Under the pieces are notes generated by a model. It saw nothing but the letters and a program-made list of their open reading frames with translations, ran no database searches and was not told the origin of the DNA. From positions 243 to 64,242 of the forward strand of contig CAZNWB010000001.1 of the NCBI GenBank assembly GCA_964576535.1: a stretch of 64,000 bases of DNA, read 5' to 3'. Below, one piece after another: positions 8,946 to 19,120 of this stretch. Numbering within the stretch: the first letter of the stretch is position 1; every line of letters starts with the position of its first letter. Both the position numbers and the translations under genes were made by a program. Source of the stretch: an uncultured bacterium (GTDB lineage Bacteria > Methylomirabilota > Methylomirabilia > Methylomirabilales > 2-02-FULL-66-22).

Positions 8946-9863
8946 CTACATGATCCGGCGCTTATGGACAACCTCGGCGATCCGGCGGATGTGGGCCGGT
9001 GTGCTGCCGCAGCAGGCGCCGACAATGTTCGCTCCAGCATTCAGGATGGCCGGATATCCGGCGGCCATCTCCTCCGGGGGCAATTCGTAGATCGTCCGGC
9101 CCCCCACAATGCGAGGCAGTCCCGCATTGGGATAGGCGATCAGCAGGCCGTCGCTTACACCGCGCATTCCCCGAAGGATGGCCGCGGCCCGCTCGGGTCC
9201 CCCGTCCCCGCAATTGCATCCCACCACGTCCGCCCCGGCCTCAAAGAGAACCTTGGCCGACTCTTCCGGGCTGGTTCCCCACATCGTCCGGTCCCGGCGC
9301 TGCTCTTGCTCCCATTGGAAGAACATGGTGCACATCACCGGGAGGCCCGTGCTTTCCTTGGCGGCGCGGATCGCTACTACGGCCTCCTCTGGGTACATCA
9401 TCGTCTCGACCGCGAACAGGTCCACCCCGCCCTCGGCCAGGGCCAGCACCTGCTCACGAAAGTTGGCGTAGAACTCCTCCTCGCTCACGTCGCCCAACGG
9501 TTCGAAGGCATCGGGCAGGTGCCCCGTGGGGCCGATGGAACCCGCCACGTACTTGCCGGGAGGGCACGCGCTCCGCGCCAGCTTTGCCCCCAGGACGTTC
9601 AGCTCCCGCGTCCGGTCGGCGAGACCGTATGCGGTAAGCTTGAGCCGGGTGCCCCCGAAGGTGTTCGTCTCGACGAAATCGCTCCCCGCCTCGAAGTACG
9701 CCTTGTGGATGTTCCGGACCACGTCGGCGCGGGTGTCGTTCCACAGCTCCGGGCAGGCCCCGTCCGTGAGGCCTGCCTCGAAGAGCATGGTGCCCATCGC
9801 CCCGTCGAAGATGAGGATTTCTGATCTCAGCCGCTCCAGAAACTCCTTCCCCCGAGGCTGCAT
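8946..9863 (-). CDS. homocysteine S-methyltransferase domain protein (MetH N-terminal module-like)
   Basis: The zinc-ligand contexts GCNCG and GACCGS are present, along with the family N-terminus LIFDGAMGTML. The track start at 9869 is a GTG. An ATG at 9863 sits a better distance from GAGGTGG. Confidence 0.8.
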   Translation of the reverse strand: MQPRGKEFLERLRSEILIFDGAMGTMLFEAGLTDGACPELWNDTRADVVRNIHKAYFEAGSDFVETNTFGGTRLKLTAYGLADRTRELNVLGAKLARSACPPGKYVAGSIGPTGHLPDAFEPLGDVSEEEFYANFREQVLALAEGGVDLFAVETMMYPEEAVVAIRAAKESTGLPVMCTMFFQWEQEQRRDRTMWGTSPEESAKVLFEAGADVVGCNCGDGGPERAAAILRGMRGVSDGLLIAYPNAGLPRIVGGRTIYELPPEEMAAGYPAILNAGANIVGACCGSTPAHIRRIAEVVHKRRIM

Positions 9864-9990
9864 CCTCACGCCACCTCAATTCAAAATTTTCTCGCGAAGA
9901 CGCCAAGGGCGCTAAGGGGGGTAGTCCTTTTTCACCCTCGTGTGCGTTCTTTGCGTCTTTGCGAGAGAATGGTTTTTCATTGAGCGCCGA

Positions 9991-10671
9991 TTACGGCTTG
10001 TCGTTTTTCCTCACCAGGGCCTTGGCCTTGACCACGGCCGCGGTCGACTCCCTGGCGTAGCCGTCCCCGCCGATCTCGTCGCAGAAGGCCTGGTTGACCG
10101 GGGCGCCGCCCACCATCACCTTGACCCGATCACGAAGCCCGTCCCGCATCAGGGCCTCGATGGTTCGCCGCATGGCCGGCATCGTCGTCGTCATCAGGGC
10201 GGAGATGCCTACGATGCTGGCGTCTTTTTCTTTGACGGCCTCCACGAACTTTTCGGGCGCCACGTCCCGCCCCAGGTTGTGCACCGTGAAGCCGGCTCCC
10301 TCCAGCATCATCGCCACCAGATTCTTGCCGATGTCGTGCAGGTCCCCCTGGGCGGTTCCGATCACCACGGTGCCCAGGTGATCGTCCACGGCCGTCTTGG
10401 TCAGGAGTGGCTTCAGCAGGTCCAGGCCGGCATACATCGCCCGGGCCGACAGCAGGACCTGCGGGACGTAGTACTCGTTCCGGCGGAACTTTTCCCCGAC
10501 CACGTCCATGCCTGGGATGAGTCCCTTGAAGATGATGGTCTTGGGCTCGATTCCCTCGTCCAGGGCCCGCCGGGTCATCTCTCCTACCACAATGTGGTGC
10601 CCCAGGATAATGGCCCTCGCCATGGCCGGGTAGTTGAATGTCTCGTGTCCCACTCTATCCTTTCCAATCAA
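9991..10671 (-). CDS. corrinoid (cobalamin)-binding protein, B12-binding_2 + B12-binding domains
   Basis: The DxHxxG motif is present (GDLHDIGKNLV), followed by a Rossmann-like B12 domain. The start is uncertain: the track start is a TTG, and GTG/ATG alternatives lie downstream. Confidence 0.8.
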   Translation of the reverse strand: MIGKDRVGHETFNYPAMARAIILGHHIVVGEMTRRALDEGIEPKTIIFKGLIPGMDVVGEKFRRNEYYVPQVLLSARAMYAGLDLLKPLLTKTAVDDHLGTVVIGTAQGDLHDIGKNLVAMMLEGAGFTVHNLGRDVAPEKFVEAVKEKDASIVGISALMTTTMPAMRRTIEALMRDGLRDRVKVMVGGAPVNQAFCDEIGGDGYARESTAAVVKAKALVRKNDKP

Positions 10672-10738
10672 GTAGTTATGTTGTTTCCCTCAGATCGTGT
10701 ATCAAGAACATCGATCGCCGTTCGAGGGCGTGCATGAT

Positions 10739-12019
10739 TCACTCCCAGGTCCGCTCATCTACGATCTTCTTCGCATCTGCAGGCAGCGTCCCGCCGGGAA
10801 CCACCTCGACCCGGGCCCGAAGCTTGATGCCGTCACGCACGCGCGCCTCCAGGCGTGCGGCGAGGTCTCCCCCCGCGGCCGGACCCTCGACCCGGAGCGT
10901 CAGGTCGTCCTCGAAGCCCTTGCGGCGGACCACGAGCTGATACCGGGTCACCTCTGCCATCTCGGCCATGACTGCGTCGAGCTGGCCGGGGTGCACGAAC
11001 ATCCCGCGGATCTTGGTGGCGTCGTCCGTCCGACCCAGGATCCGGGTGAGACGCGCCGTGGTCCGGCCGCATGCACACACCGATGGGTCCAGCACCGAGA
11101 GATCTCCCGTCCCGAACCGGATCAACGGGTATACCGTGTTGAACGTGGTCACCACGACCTCGCCGGCCGCTCCATCCGGTACCGGATGTCCCGTCTCGGG
11201 ATCCGCGATCTGAACAATCATATCCTCGGACAGGTGCATCCCCGAATGCTGCGGACACTCATAGGCGATGAGTCCCAGATCGGCGCTGGCGTAGGCCTGG
11301 GTGACGTTCACGCCGTATCGCTCTCGCATCGTGGCTCGCAGGGATTCCGGCAGCATGCCGCCCGAGACGAAGGCCACCTCGAGCGAGAGGTCCTGGAGGG
11401 GCTTGATTCCCATCTCCTCGGCCCGCTGCAGGATCGTGTGGAGGAAACTTGGCGTCCCCACGTACCCGGTCGCCTGGACGTGACGGAGCACTTGCACCTG
11501 CGTCTCGGTGTTCCCACCCCCCATTGGGATGACGGCACAGCCGAAGGCGGCCAGGCCCTCGTCGCACATGCTGCCAGCCGGCGTCAGATGGTAGGCGAAG
11601 GTGTTGATGGCGATATCGCCCCGGCGGAATCCGGCCCCATACATGGCCCGCGCCATACGCCAGTAGTTTGGCCCGGTCCCTTCCGGATCGTAGATCGGGC
11701 CCGGGGAGATGAAGATGCGCTGCAGGGCCTGGGGCGCGACCGCCACCAAACCGCCGAAAGGCGGATCCTTCTCCTGGAGCGCCGGCAGCTCTCGCTTTCG
11801 GAGGGGCGGGAGGCGAAGCAGATCGTCGGGTTCGCGAAGTTGCTCAAGGGAAACGCCAGCGGCCGCCAATCGCTGCCCCAAATGGGACGTGTGGCTCACC
11901 GCCTGCCGCAGGATGTCCCGCAGGCGCTCTTGGAGAAAATGGCGCCGGGCATCCGGCGCCATCGTCTCCATGGCCCGATCGTAGAAACCAGGACTCCGGT
12001 CAATCCCACCCCGGCCCAC
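10739..12019 (-). CDS. phenylacetate-CoA ligase-like (PaaK / F390 synthetase family) adenylating enzyme
   Basis: The N-terminus reads FYDRAMETM...RRHFLQERL. The family layout is present (TGYVGTPSF, YASADLG, C-terminal ...KIVDERTWE). The start is a GTG behind GGAGGGGG. Confidence 0.7.
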   Translation of the reverse strand: MGRGGIDRSPGFYDRAMETMAPDARRHFLQERLRDILRQAVSHTSHLGQRLAAAGVSLEQLREPDDLLRLPPLRKRELPALQEKDPPFGGLVAVAPQALQRIFISPGPIYDPEGTGPNYWRMARAMYGAGFRRGDIAINTFAYHLTPAGSMCDEGLAAFGCAVIPMGGGNTETQVQVLRHVQATGYVGTPSFLHTILQRAEEMGIKPLQDLSLEVAFVSGGMLPESLRATMRERYGVNVTQAYASADLGLIAYECPQHSGMHLSEDMIVQIADPETGHPVPDGAAGEVVVTTFNTVYPLIRFGTGDLSVLDPSVCACGRTTARLTRILGRTDDATKIRGMFVHPGQLDAVMAEMAEVTRYQLVVRRKGFEDDLTLRVEGPAAGGDLAARLEARVRDGIKLRARVEVVPGGTLPADAKKIVDERTWE

Positions 12020-12082
12020 AGTCTTCCCCCTCCGGCTCGACAGTTCTCCTGGCTCTCGGCTCTCAACTCTAGGCTCTGAGAA

Positions 12083-12649
12083 TCACTTCTTCGGGAAGCT
12101 ATCCTCGAAGGGGACGATCATGCTGGCACCATTGAAGATGGCCACCCCCTCGCTCACCTTAACGCCGAAGCTGAAGTCTCCGATCTTCTCCCACCACTCC
12201 TTCACGACGTCACCAGGCTTCAAGCCCAAGGCGAGGACCCGCTGACCCGAGGTCACGGCGAGGTTGCCCGGGGCGATCAGCGAGTCGAAAACCGCGATCA
12301 CCCGAAGCTCGTTGCTGGTCTTGCCGGGAATGTACATTGTCTCGTACACCGTGGGCGTGTTGAGGGCGAAGTACTCGCCTGGCTTGGCCTCGAACGAAAC
12401 GGTGAACTTCATCTCCTCCAAGGCCACCGGGGTGTCATTGGGATTGCTCACTTTGTAGACGAACGCCAGCACCAGGGGCACGCGAGCCGGAGGCGCCGCG
12501 TAGGGGAAGTAGCTGGCCACCTCCACCCGCTCCAACTTCACCCGTGGGGGCTGAGGCGTCCCACCGGCCCCCGGCATGGTCGCACAACCAACCAGAGCCA
12601 GGGTGACCAGACAGAGGATAACAAGGACCCCTTTCTCACGCGTCCGCAT
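12083..12649 (-). CDS. lipoprotein of unknown function
   Basis: The lipobox reads LVTLALVGCATM, and a [12 protein letters not shown] precedes the start. The body looks beta-rich. A possible LEA_2/WHy-like fold is only an impression. Confidence 0.5.
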   Translation of the reverse strand: MRTREKGVLVILCLVTLALVGCATMPGAGGTPQPPRVKLERVEVASYFPYAAPPARVPLVLAFVYKVSNPNDTPVALEEMKFTVSFEAKPGEYFALNTPTVYETMYIPGKTSNELRVIAVFDSLIAPGNLAVTSGQRVLALGLKPGDVVKEWWEKIGDFSFGVKVSEGVAIFNGASMIVPFEDSFPKK

Positions 12650-12679
12650 CGTTCTCCCCCCTTTTCCTCGACGATTGCG

Positions 12680-13501
12680 TCAGGTCAGCCATCGTTTCCG
12701 TCGCTTATAATGTTTCACCGCCCGAAAGCTTTTCCGGACCCCCAGATCGGTGAGCCCCAGGTAGAAATCTCGGATGTCCGGGTTCTCCCGCAGCTTCTCG
12801 GCCGGCCCGTCCATCACCACCCGACCGGTCTCCAGGACATAGGCGTACGGGGCCGTGGCCAGCGCCAGCTTCACGTTCTGCTCCACCAATAGGATGGAGA
12901 TCCCCTCCTCCCGGTTCAGGCGGGTGATGATGTCAAAGATCTCCTTGATCAGCATGGGGGCCAGTCCCATAGAGGGCTCGTCCAGCAGCATGACCTTCGG
13001 CCGCGCCATCAGGGCCCGGCCGATGACCGTCATCTGCTGTTCCCCACCGGAAAGATACCCAGCCTGGACGTCCCGGCGATCCTTCAGCCGCGGGAAGTAG
13101 TCGTAGACTGCTTCCAGTCCACGCCGCAGGCTGGCCCCGTTGCCTCTGAGGTGGGCACCCACCCGGAGGTTCTCCTCGGTCGTGAGGTGCTCGAAGACCC
13201 GGCGTCCCTCGATGACCTGTACGATCCCCAGGGCCGCGATCTCCTCGGCCGACTTCCGGTCGATCCGCTGGCCGAGGAATTCGATGCTGCCATCGGTCAC
13301 CTCGCCGTCCTCGTGGCGCAAGAGGCCGGAGATGGCTTTCAGGGTGGTGCTCTTGCCAGCTCCGTTGGCGCCCAGCAGGCCGACGATCCCGCCCTGGGGC
13401 AGCTCGAGCGAGACCCCCTTGAGGGCCAGGATCACCTCGTGGTACATGACCTCGATGTTGTTGATCCGCAGGGCGCTCCCCGGCGATTGCACCGCAGTCA
13501 T
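12680..13501 (-). CDS. livF: branched-chain-type ABC transporter ATP-binding protein
   Basis: Walker A is GANGAGKST, the signature is LSGGEQQ, and Walker B is MLLDEPS. Confidence 0.85.
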   Translation of the reverse strand: MTAVQSPGSALRINNIEVMYHEVILALKGVSLELPQGGIVGLLGANGAGKSTTLKAISGLLRHEDGEVTDGSIEFLGQRIDRKSAEEIAALGIVQVIEGRRVFEHLTTEENLRVGAHLRGNGASLRRGLEAVYDYFPRLKDRRDVQAGYLSGGEQQMTVIGRALMARPKVMLLDEPSMGLAPMLIKEIFDIITRLNREEGISILLVEQNVKLALATAPYAYVLETGRVVMDGPAEKLRENPDIRDFYLGLTDLGVRKSFRAVKHYKRRKRWLT

Positions 13502-13548
13502 CCCCTATGCCGATCCGCCTTCACTACAGGACCATGAGCCGAATCCGC

Positions 13549-14835
13549 CTACCAGCCCAGCCATTCCTTCTCCCACTTATCGGGCCAGCGCTTCTTGAGG
13601 TCAACCTCCTTCAACAGGGCGAACTTCTTGTCCTTGATCATGTAGATCCGAACCAGCGGGCCGGGCCGATGGTCGGACGCCGTGATGGTGATGGGTGCCC
13701 GGCCCAGTCCTGGCGTCCACTCCCGCAGGGTCTCGAAGGCCTCCTTCACCCCGGGGCCACGCACTTCCCGCGGCAGCTCCTTTCCATCCTTATCAAACAG
13801 CTTCCCGGCTTTGTCAGCGCGGACCAGCGCCTCCCGCATCATCAGGACGTCCACCCAGGACTGCACCGTCCGGATGAGACGGTTCTCCAGCGGCACGCCA
13901 GGGTTCATTCGTTTGGCGTACTCCATTACCTTGTCCATCAGGGGGACCGGCTCGCCAAAGAAGGCATTGACGGCCGCGCCCATAACCCGTTCCGAGGCCG
14001 GTCCCGCCAGCTTGATCAGGTTCTCGTCGTAGCCCCAGTTGTTGACGATGTGGTCGGCGCCCAACCCCAGGGCGTGGGCGTCCTTCACCGCCGTGGCCAC
14101 GGACATCGTCGTGTTGCCGTGCCAGACCAGGTGCGGGCCGAAGTTCTTGGCGGCCAGGACCTGGCTCTTGGTGTCCAGGGCGGTCAGGGGGACGTCCTGA
14201 TCCGGGCCGATCTCAAAGCCCAGGAGCGTGGCTTGGTCCTTGATAGCCTTGATCGGGGCGCTGGCATACGGGACGGGCCACCCGTAAAAGGCGACGAATC
14301 GGGGCTTCACCCCCTTCTCCCGGTCCGCCTTGAACTTGGGGTCCTTGAGCCAGACCTCGTCATACCACGCCGTGAGGGCCGCCCGTGCATTGCTGGAATA
14401 GTCGGTCCCGTAGACGAAATTGTACGGCGTCTTCTTGGGGTCGGTCAGGTGAGACGAGAAGGAGTGGGAGAGATATGGCATCTTGTCGGCGTTTACCGTG
14501 GGCGAGAGGGCCTCGGTGTCGCCCGTCCCCCACCCCCAAACCGCCCCCACCTTGTCGAAGTCCCGGAACCGCTTGTAGGTGGTTATGGCCTCCGGCACCC
14601 GGTAGCCGTAGTCGTAGAGGAACAGCTTGATGGGCTTGCCATTGATCCCGCCCGTGTCGTTCACGTACTGCACCGCCTCGCGCATCCCCAGGGCAATGTC
14701 CTTTCCCACATCCGAGGTGGGGCCTGTGAGGTCGTTGAGGGAACCCATCTTGACCACGCTCTGGGCGACGGCCTCGGATCCCATCGCCAGAAACAGGAAC
14801 AACCAGACAATTGACCACGCTCTTCTACGCATCAT
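13549..14835 (-). CDS. periplasmic substrate-binding protein, LivK/Leu-Ile-Val-binding family
   Basis: A signal peptide is present (WSIVWLFLFLAMGSEAVAQS). The size is typical of the type I periplasmic-binding fold, and the gene lies between the permease and ATPase genes. Confidence 0.75.
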   Translation of the reverse strand: MMRRRAWSIVWLFLFLAMGSEAVAQSVVKMGSLNDLTGPTSDVGKDIALGMREAVQYVNDTGGINGKPIKLFLYDYGYRVPEAITTYKRFRDFDKVGAVWGWGTGDTEALSPTVNADKMPYLSHSFSSHLTDPKKTPYNFVYGTDYSSNARAALTAWYDEVWLKDPKFKADREKGVKPRFVAFYGWPVPYASAPIKAIKDQATLLGFEIGPDQDVPLTALDTKSQVLAAKNFGPHLVWHGNTTMSVATAVKDAHALGLGADHIVNNWGYDENLIKLAGPASERVMGAAVNAFFGEPVPLMDKVMEYAKRMNPGVPLENRLIRTVQSWVDVLMMREALVRADKAGKLFDKDGKELPREVRGPGVKEAFETLREWTPGLGRAPITITASDHRPGPLVRIYMIKDKKFALLKEVDLKKRWPDKWEKEWLGW

Positions 14836-15107
14836 TCCCCCTCCTTTCTAAGTGCAACGTTCCGTCAACTCTACCCGCCTCGCACTCCAATTTCGAATAT
14901 CGAATCACGAAGGTCGAATTCTGAAATTCCCGTCGTGGTGCGTTGTAGGGAGGAGGCTGCACCCACGCTCTGCGTGGCTCTGCGTGGGTACCCACCTCCG
15001 AGAACGGAGGGCCACAAGGGCCCTCCCTACGGCGTAGGGCGGGGGCTTGTCCCCCGCCGGTCTGGTTTCCATCTTCATGGTGAACGAGTGGGCCCCGCCC
15101 ATGGCAC

Positions 15108-16172
15108 CTAATACGAGAACGGCCACAGGTTGAAATAGTTCTTCATCTGCTGCCAGCGGTAGGCCAGCCCCTTCGGCTCATACAAGAGGAACAGGACGAT
15201 GGCCAGGCCGAAGGCGGCCTCCTTGACATACAGGAATCGCTCCTGGAGCGCGGGGAAGCTATCGCTCAGGGGAATGATGGCAAACTTCAGGCCCTCCAGG
15301 ATCAGGGTGATGAACATGGCGCCGAAGATCGTCCCGTGCAAGCTCCCCGCGCCACCGATGAGGATCACCCCCACGATCCAGAGGGACCAGCTAAACTGGA
15401 AATGCTCCGGGCTCACGGCCAGGATGGAGGAGATCCAGAAGGCCCCCGCGATCCCCCCCAGGACGCCCGCCACGAAGAAGGCCAGGAGTTTGTACTTGAA
15501 AATGTTCACCCCCATGGCCTCGGCGGCGATGTCGTTGTCCCGGATGGCGATCCAGGCCCTGCCGACGCGGCTGCGGAGGAGGTTCGCCATGCCGGCCGTA
15601 CACAGGATGACCAGGACGATCATGAGGTAGTAGACCTTCAGCTCCGAGTCGATGATCCACGGGCCTATGCGGATGGTCCCGGGCGGCAGCGAGAAGAAAA
15701 TCCCCCGACCGCCGATCTGGCTGACGTACTGGGTGATGATGAAGTCCACGGTGATGAACTGGGCAGCCATGGTCGTCATGATCAGGTAGAAACCCTTCAC
15801 CCGGGCCGACGGCAGGCCGAAGAGAACGGACCAGAGGCCTGCCGCGATCGCACCCAAGACCACGCCGACGGGATAGGGAAGCCCGTACTGAAGCATGGCG
15901 ATGGCCGTGGCGTAGGCGCCCACGGCAATGAAGGCCGCATGGCCCAGGGTGATCTGGCCGCAGTACCCGATAAGCAGTTGCACCCCCATGGCGGACAGGA
16001 TCGTGTAGCCGATGATGTTGGCCACGGAAACCAGGTAGAGATTGGCCGTGAGGGGAAAGACCACCAGGAGGAACACGAGCAGGGCCACCATCTTGGCCCG
16101 GAGGAACGTTGTCCGCCACCAGGCGTGATCCTTGGCGTAATGCTCGAAGTAGACACCTGCTGGCAAATACAT
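15108..16172 (-). CDS. livM: ABC transporter permease
   Basis: This is a polytopic hydrophobic protein with LivM-like length and operon position. Confidence 0.8.
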   Translation of the reverse strand: MYLPAGVYFEHYAKDHAWWRTTFLRAKMVALLVFLLVVFPLTANLYLVSVANIIGYTILSAMGVQLLIGYCGQITLGHAAFIAVGAYATAIAMLQYGLPYPVGVVLGAIAAGLWSVLFGLPSARVKGFYLIMTTMAAQFITVDFIITQYVSQIGGRGIFFSLPPGTIRIGPWIIDSELKVYYLMIVLVILCTAGMANLLRSRVGRAWIAIRDNDIAAEAMGVNIFKYKLLAFFVAGVLGGIAGAFWISSILAVSPEHFQFSWSLWIVGVILIGGAGSLHGTIFGAMFITLILEGLKFAIIPLSDSFPALQERFLYVKEAAFGLAIVLFLLYEPKGLAYRWQQMKNYFNLWPFSY

Positions 16173-16200
16173 CTCAATCCTGCCTCAATGCAAAACTGAC

Positions 16201-16265
16201 AACCGACAACTGACAATGTGAAACCGAGGAGGTGGGATGCATTGGCCGGCTGTCAGTTGTCGGTT
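16201..16265. repeat. intercistronic hairpin with arms built from GACAAC units
   Basis: AACCGACAACTGACA (16201-16215) pairs perfectly with TGTCAGTTGTCGGTT (16251-16265). It lies between the livH stop and the livM start. Confidence 0.8.
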
Positions 16266-16287
16266 TTACATTTTTCATTGAGCGTCC

Positions 16288-17172
16288 TTAGACGCGTTCG
16301 ATCTTCACCCAGCCCCACAGGCCGTACGGACGGAACCACAGGATGATGACCATGAAGGCGAAGGGGGCGATCTCCTTGATCCCGCCAGGGGTGAAGCGGC
16401 TCAGATAGCCGTCGGACAGGTTCTGCAGGAGGCCGATGGCGAATCCGCCCACGATGGCACCAGGCACGGAGTTGAGTCCTCCCAAGACCACGGCCGGGAG
16501 CACCAGGAGGCCCAGGTACCCCACCGAGATGTTCAGGCCGTTGATGTTCCCCAAGAGAGTTCCCCCGACGCCCGCCGCCATGAAGGCGATGGCCCAGGCC
16601 AGGGCGTACACTCGATGGGCGCTGACGCCCAGGGAGAGCGCGGCCATCTCGTCGTCTGCAGTGGCCTGCATGGACAGCCCCCACCGCGTGTACTTGAAGA
16701 AGGCCACGAAGACCACCAGCATGACCAGGGCGGCGAGGAAGCTCCACACGTAGACCTCCCCTACCACGATCCGTCCCCACCGAATCGGCTCGGCCGGGAA
16801 GACCGGCGGCGTAAAGACCCGCGTGTCGGTCCCCCAGATGAATGCCACGATCCCACGAAAGAAGAAGGACAGGCCGACCGTCACCATGATGACCGCCAGG
16901 ACCGACTCCCCAATCATCCGGCGGAGGAATAGCCGTTCCGTGAGCAGTCCCAGGATGAAGCCGATGATCAGCGTCCCCACCACAGCGAGGGGGAAGGGGA
17001 TGCCCCAGGTGTAGAAGCTCAGGCAGACATAGCCGCCGATCAGTGTGAGCTCTCCCATGGCGAGGTTTAGGACCCCCGAGCACTTGTATATAAGGGTCCA
17101 GCCCAGAGCCACCAGGGCGTAGATACTCCCCACCATGAGGCCCGTGATCAGGAGCTGGCTGAAGAGGTCCAT
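16288..17172 (-). CDS. livH: ABC transporter permease
   Basis: This is a polytopic hydrophobic protein with the LivH-like N-terminus MDLFSQLLITGLMVGSIYALVALG. Confidence 0.85.
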   Translation of the reverse strand: MDLFSQLLITGLMVGSIYALVALGWTLIYKCSGVLNLAMGELTLIGGYVCLSFYTWGIPFPLAVVGTLIIGFILGLLTERLFLRRMIGESVLAVIMVTVGLSFFFRGIVAFIWGTDTRVFTPPVFPAEPIRWGRIVVGEVYVWSFLAALVMLVVFVAFFKYTRWGLSMQATADDEMAALSLGVSAHRVYALAWAIAFMAAGVGGTLLGNINGLNISVGYLGLLVLPAVVLGGLNSVPGAIVGGFAIGLLQNLSDGYLSRFTPGGIKEIAPFAFMVIILWFRPYGLWGWVKIERV

Positions 17173-17176
17173 GGCC

Positions 17177-19120
17177 TTAGCTTCCTGCCGCGTCGGGGAC
17201 CTCGAGGACGGAAAGTTCCGCCTTCACCTCCGCCACCCGACCATCCTCGTAGGTGACGGTCGTCCCCACGCCGACTCGTTCGGCCCCACTGTAGATCGAC
17301 TCCACCAAGTCGTGATAGCGGTCCTCCAGGAAGGCCCGCCGGAGTTTCCGCGTCCGCGTCAGTTCCTCGTCGTCGGCGTCGAACTCCTTGGACAGGTTGA
17401 GGAACCGCCGGACCCGCGCCGCGGCCGGCAACTGGGCGTTGGCCTTCCGGATCTCCCCCTGGATGAGCTTGTAGATCCGGGGATCCTGGGACAGCTCCTG
17501 GTAGCTGGTGTAGGCGATGTGATTGTCCTCGGCCCACTTGCCCACCACGCTGTAGTCTATGCAGATGACGGCCGCGCCGAAAGGCCGCTGGTGGCCCAGG
17601 ACCCAGGCATCCTTGATGTATGGGCTGAACTTCAACCGGCTCTCCAGGAACATGGGCGAGAAGCGGCTCCCGTCGCTGAGGATGAAGACGTCCTTGGTCC
17701 GGTCAAAGAAGACCAGGTGGCCGTCCGGGTCGATGAAGCCGGTGTCCCCGGAGTATAGCCACCCGTCCCGTAGGGTCTTGGCCGTCGCCTCGGGGTCCTT
17801 GTAGAAACCCTTGAAGACCGAGGGGCTGCGCGAGATGATTTCGCCCTCGGGGGTAATCCGGACGTCCGTTTCGGGGATCGGCTTGCCGACCGTGTCGCAC
17901 TTGATGTCGTCGCTCCGGTGGACCACCGAGATGCCGGCAATCTCGGTCTGGCCGTAGATCTGCTTCAGGTTCACACCGATGGCGTGGAAGAAGCGGAAAA
18001 AGTCGGGTCCCAGGGCGGAGCCGCCGCTGTAGGCGTTCCGGATGCGGGAGAGTCCCAGGTGGTCCCGGAGCTTCCTGTGGACCGCCTGATCCGCCAGATA
18101 CCCCAGGACCCGCCAGGGCCAGGGGGCGGCACGCTTGGCCAGCTTGAAATCCGCCAGCCGGTAGCCGATGTCGAAAGCCCACTCGTACATCGCGCGTTTC
18201 GCGCGACTGGCGTCCAGGTACTTCACCTGGATGGTCCGCACCATCTGCTCGTAGAACCGGGCTGAGGAAAAAACTGCGTGGGGGGATATCTCCCGGAGGT
18301 TGGCAACGACCGTTTCCGGTTCCTCGGGAAAGTTGAGGGTGAATCCGGCCATGAGCCCGCAGGAGAGGGACATCATCTGCTCGCCGATCCAGGCCATGGG
18401 CAGGAAGGAGACGAAGTCGTCCGCCTCCAGGCAGGGATCCACCCGCATGAGGTTCTGCCCCATCTTCAGCATGTTGGTGTGGGTGAGCAGCGCTCCCTTC
18501 GGCTTGGCCGTGGTCCCGGAGGTGTAGAAGAGCAGGCAGATGTCCTCGCCGTGTCCCTGCTCAATTAGGGCCTCGAACCGGCCCGCCTGGCGTTCCGCGA
18601 GGTCGCGGCCCAGGCGCTGGACCTCGCTGAATCGGATGAGGGCCGGATCCTGGTAACCGCGCATCCCCTTGGGATCGTCCCAGATGATCCGTTCCAGCCT
18701 GGGGCAGCGGGCCTTGATGGCCAGCGCCTTGTCCACCTCTTCCTGGCCCTCGGCCACCAGGAAGCGGGCGTCCGAATGATCCACGATGTACTGGACTTCA
18801 TCTATCAGGGCGTCCTGGAACAGCCAGACAGCCACCCCGCCCGCGCACAGGGCCGCCATCTCCGCGAACAACCCCTCGGGGCGATTGTCCCCGATCATGG
18901 CCACCTTGTCCCCGCGCCGAAGGCCGAGGGCGGTGAGTCCCAGGGCGAAGGATCGGACGTTGTCCAGGTAGCCGGCCCAGGTGATCGGGCGCCAGATGCC
19001 GAATTCCTTCTCTCGCATCGCCACCCGCTGGTCCTGCTCTCCCGCCTTCCGGGCAAAGAGTTTGGGGATGGTGAGATCAGGCGTGATCCCGATCTCTACC
19101 CCGCTAGCGACGCGAGACAT
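17177..19120 (-). CDS. AMP-dependent acyl-CoA ligase embedded in the ABC transporter operon
   Basis: AMP-binding motifs are present (FYTSGTTAKPKGA, IYGQTEIAG). Its start overlaps the livG stop. Confidence 0.8.
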   Translation of the reverse strand: MSRVASGVEIGITPDLTIPKLFARKAGEQDQRVAMREKEFGIWRPITWAGYLDNVRSFALGLTALGLRRGDKVAMIGDNRPEGLFAEMAALCAGGVAVWLFQDALIDEVQYIVDHSDARFLVAEGQEEVDKALAIKARCPRLERIIWDDPKGMRGYQDPALIRFSEVQRLGRDLAERQAGRFEALIEQGHGEDICLLFYTSGTTAKPKGALLTHTNMLKMGQNLMRVDPCLEADDFVSFLPMAWIGEQMMSLSCGLMAGFTLNFPEEPETVVANLREISPHAVFSSARFYEQMVRTIQVKYLDASRAKRAMYEWAFDIGYRLADFKLAKRAAPWPWRVLGYLADQAVHRKLRDHLGLSRIRNAYSGGSALGPDFFRFFHAIGVNLKQIYGQTEIAGISVVHRSDDIKCDTVGKPIPETDVRITPEGEIISRSPSVFKGFYKDPEATAKTLRDGWLYSGDTGFIDPDGHLVFFDRTKDVFILSDGSRFSPMFLESRLKFSPYIKDAWVLGHQRPFGAAVICIDYSVVGKWAEDNHIAYTSYQELSQDPRIYKLIQGEIRKANAQLPAAARVRRFLNLSKEFDADDEELTRTRKLRRAFLEDRYHDLVESIYSGAERVGVGTTVTYEDGRVAEVKAELSVLEVPDAAGS

